Of a stretch of 64,000 bases of DNA, positions 61,295-64,000 are shown in pieces. Below the pieces are notes generated by a model that was given only the letters and a program-made list of their open reading frames with translations, did no database searches and was not told the DNA's origin. Position numbers and translations under genes: made by a program. The stretch comes from Alphaproteobacteria bacterium (lineage in GTDB: Bacteria; Pseudomonadota; Alphaproteobacteria; UBA828), in NCBI GenBank assembly GCA_963422645.2, contig CAXXVO010000004.1, positions 480,001-544,000 on the forward strand, given 5' to 3'. Position 1 is the stretch's first letter. Every line of letters starts with the position of its first letter.

Positions 61295-63453
61295 CCCAAG
61301 TTGGCACTTTTTCCGTTTGTTCGGGGCCGAATTGGCCAGGTTTTTCCGGCTGACACACCAGATATAGCGTTGACGAGAAGGGCACGCCCCTACATTTGCG
61401 ATTGCCGTCTCGAACTCCCTTTGTAGTGCCAGGGAATGGTGGGTTTGCAGGATTTCCCTTGACCCCACCACCAAAGCCGACATATCTGAACCCGCCACGA
61501 CCAAAACGTGCCGGGCGACATGTTCATCAGGGCAACCAAGACCCACACTACCGAAGGCAAGCCGGTCCGCAGCCATCGCCTCGTGCTCTCGCAGCGCATC
61601 GGCGACAAGGTCAGGCAGCGCACGCTTCTCAACCTCGGCACCGACTATCCGGTGCCGAAGGAGAAATGGCGCGAAGTTGCCGGACTCGCCGAGGCGCTGC
61701 TCAACGGCCGCCCGCCGCTGCTCGAAGCCGCGCCGGACGTGCAGGCCGCAGCCGAGGACATCGTCGCCAAGCTCAGGGCCAGGGGGTTCCGCCCCGAGGC
61801 GATACAGGAAGAGGCGCGCAAGCCCGACATCGCCACCGTCGACCTCGATACCCTGGAGCACGAGAACCCGCGCACGGTCGGCTGCGAGCGCCTGTGCCTC
61901 AAGGCCCTCGACGACCTCGGCTTCGCCGACATCCTCCACGGCCTCGATATCAAGGGCCGCGACGGGCGCATCGCCAGCGCGCTGATCGTCGCCAGGATGG
62001 TCCATCCCGCCAGCGAGCGTGACACCAGCCGCTGGCTGCGCCGCGACAGCGCGACCGCCGAGCTCCTGGGGCTGGAGGGCGACCGCAAGGCGCTGCGGCG
62101 CAAGACGCTCTACCGCATCGGCGACCTGCTCTGGCGCCACCGGGCCGCCATTCAGCGGGAGCTGTTCAACCGCGAGCGCGCGCTGCTCGACCTGCCCGAA
62201 ACGATCGCCTTTTACGATCTCACCAATGTCCACTACCACGGCCACACCCACGGCCAGCTTCCCAGGTTCGGGCGCTCCAAGCAGAAGCGCGACGACTGTC
62301 CGCTGATCACGCTGGCGCTGGCGCTCGACGGCGCAGGCTTCCCGCGCAGTTGCGAGATCCTGCCGGGCAACGTGAGCGAGCCGGGCACGCTGGAGGACGC
62401 GCTGGTCAGGCTCGAGGCGGTGTGCGGCGGCACGGCGCCGAAGCCCACGGTGGTCATGGACGCGGGCATCGCCACCGAGGAGAACGTCGCGTGGCTGGGC
62501 GAGCAGGGCTACGACTGGATCGCGGTCAGCCGCGGCGCCAGGCCGCCGCTGCCCGAGGGCGGGCCCGAGGCTCTGCTGATCACCAGCGCGCGGCACGAGG
62601 TGCGCGCCTGGCGGCTTGCCAGCGAGGACGGCGAGGCGCGGCTCTACGTCGTCAGCGAGGGCAAGAAGAAGGCCGAGAACGCGATCATCGGCCTCAGGCG
62701 GAACCGCTTCGAGGCGGCGCTGGAAAGGCTCCATAGCGGCCTGCCGGTCAAGGGCCGCCTCAAGCGCTACGACAGGGTGCTGGAGAGCATTGGCCGTCTC
62801 AAGCAGCGCTTCTCCACCGTCGCCAGACACTACGAGGTCACGGTCGAGAAGGCGAAAACCGGCCCCAACGCCGCCGCCGTGCGCTTCAAGCGCAGGCCGC
62901 AATACGACGAGGCCGACGAGGGCGCCGGCGCCTATGTGCTGCGCACCAGCCACGTCGACTGGGATATCGAGACGATCCTGCGGACCTACTGGCGCATCAC
63001 CGACATCGAGGCCACCTTCCGCAGCCTGAAATCCGAGCTCGGCCTTCGCCCGATCTGGCACCAGCTCGACCGTCGCATCGCGGCCCACCTGCTGATCGCC
63101 GTGCTGGCCTATCACGCCGTGCATCTGATCCGTACCCGACTGGCCGCGCGGGGCATCCACAAGTGCTGGGCATCGATCCGCGAGGGCATGCGGACCTGGG
63201 TGCGGATCACCACGCGACTGCGCCAGACCGACGGCACCTTGATCGTCAACCGCCAGGACACGCGCCCGGCCGCCGAGGTCGCCCAAATCTCCTCGGCGGC
63301 GGGTGTTGACCCCGCCATCCACCGCACGAGGACCCGCCTGACGAGCTGACAGAATCTCACAAAATGTAGTGCCATGTTGGAATCGGCAGAGAAAAATATT
63401 GCGCCATATCAAAGCGATAAACGACAGCAGAACACAAAAAGTGCCAACCTGGG
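61295..63453 (+). mobile_element. IS1634-family element copy 2 (2159 bp)
   Basis: Same IRs as copy 1; 4-bp TSD CTGA. Confidence 0.93.
61520..63349 (+). CDS. IS1634 transposase
   Basis: Same protein as copy 1 except HRD to HRA. Confidence 0.92.
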   Translation: MFIRATKTHTTEGKPVRSHRLVLSQRIGDKVRQRTLLNLGTDYPVPKEKWREVAGLAEALLNGRPPLLEAAPDVQAAAEDIVAKLRARGFRPEAIQEEARKPDIATVDLDTLEHENPRTVGCERLCLKALDDLGFADILHGLDIKGRDGRIASALIVARMVHPASERDTSRWLRRDSATAELLGLEGDRKALRRKTLYRIGDLLWRHRAAIQRELFNRERALLDLPETIAFYDLTNVHYHGHTHGQLPRFGRSKQKRDDCPLITLALALDGAGFPRSCEILPGNVSEPGTLEDALVRLEAVCGGTAPKPTVVMDAGIATEENVAWLGEQGYDWIAVSRGARPPLPEGGPEALLITSARHEVRAWRLASEDGEARLYVVSEGKKKAENAIIGLRRNRFEAALERLHSGLPVKGRLKRYDRVLESIGRLKQRFSTVARHYEVTVEKAKTGPNAAAVRFKRRPQYDEADEGAGAYVLRTSHVDWDIETILRTYWRITDIEATFRSLKSELGLRPIWHQLDRRIAAHLLIAVLAYHAVHLIRTRLAARGIHKCWASIREGMRTWVRITTRLRQTDGTLIVNRQDTRPAAEVAQISSAAGVDPAIHRTRTRLTS

Positions 63454-63659
63454 CTGAGCTGGCGCTCGCCAAGGAAGAGCAGCGGGAGCTTCTGGAGGCG
63501 GTGCGGGAGGTTCGCGCGCTGATGCTGGAGGGGGAGGATGCGGGTCCCCTGGTGTGCGACATGCAGGAGCGGATCGCGGTGCAGTTCGACGCCTGGGCGT
63601 CTGCGATGGCCGGATCGGGCCGCTCGGAAGAGCTGTGCGCGGCGCTCGCCTCGGTGGTG

Positions 63660-64000
63660 TGTCAACGGCGGCGCGATTATGTACCGGTGCGGCGGCGTAA
63701 AATTGTCCCACGTGCATCGGCGGTAGCTTGTCCGCGTAGTCCATGGGAGGGGCCTGTGGGCCCACGCGGTCAAGCGGGGGTTATTCGGACGGAGGCGGGC
63801 GTCGGGACCTGCTCTGCTTGAGCCTGTAGCTGTCTGCGTTCATCTCGAGGATGTGGACATGGTGAGTGATGCGGTCGAGCAGTGCGCCGGTGAGGCGCTC
63901 GCTGGCGAACACCGAGGTCCATTCCTGGAAGGGCAGGTTCGAAGTGACGATGGTGGCGCCGTTTTCGTAGCGTCGGCTAAAGATGTCGAAGAGGAGCTCG
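63660..64000 (-). mobile_element. IS21-family element right end (continues beyond the window)
   Basis: TGTCAACGGCGGCG...GCGGCGGCGTAAAATTGTCCCAC repeated end motifs downstream of istB. Confidence 0.8.
63781..64000 (-). CDS. istB: IS21 helper ATPase IstB, C-terminal part
   Basis: LLFDIFSRRYENGATIVTSNLPFQEW...ALLDRITHHVHILEMNADSYRL. Confidence 0.9.
   Translation of the reverse strand, partial: ELLFDIFSRRYENGATIVTSNLPFQEWTSVFASERLTGALLDRITHHVHILEMNADSYRLKQSRSRRPPPSE

Larger units (their letters stand above)
61104..63659 (+). pseudogene. RHH/MobC-like protein interrupted by IS1634 and IS21
   Basis: ISLSATDADWEIVRSNAKRRGLSIARYLVER; the frame continues after removing IS1634 (...ECP/ELALAKEEQRELL...). 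Confidence 0.6.

Noticed and set aside
53249-63453. Composite transposon bounded by the two IS1634 copies
   Set aside because: Separate TSDs (TTGT and CTGA) show independent insertions

Overview
High-GC window, probably alphaproteobacterial, of catabolic and transport genes heavily invaded by insertion sequences. Metabolic content: an urtBCDE-like amide/urea ABC transporter with amidase amiE, a Ser/Thr-type proline-racemase-family enzyme, pxpBCA, a phd-vapC-phd toxin-antitoxin locus, cutA, a pyridoxine-4-oxidase-like GMC enzyme, yghU, def, a CitE-like lyase and ruvX. A 13.5-kb minus-strand cluster holds two sugar-type ABC systems, a GMC dehydrogenase with a small subunit, and a Rieske oxygenase. 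Further on are a CYTH-CHAD protein, a GcvT-type dehydrogenase, a Dpp-type ABC system, two DddP-like M24 proteins and a 2OG-Fe(II) oxygenase. Eight IS copies or ends are visible: 2x IS110 (one with a predictable bridge-RNA-like left end), 2x of an unclassified 2.5-kb DDE element with a shared frameshift, 1x IS66 carrying a DNA adenine methyltransferase, 2x IS1634 and 1x IS21 end. At 50.2-57.4 kb three elements are nested (IS1634 inside the unclassified IS inside IS66), and the stack sits in a decayed MunI-like restriction endonuclease gene next to an intact MT-A70 methyltransferase. No rRNA, tRNA or CRISPR array was seen. Family assignments come from recalled motifs, not database searches.
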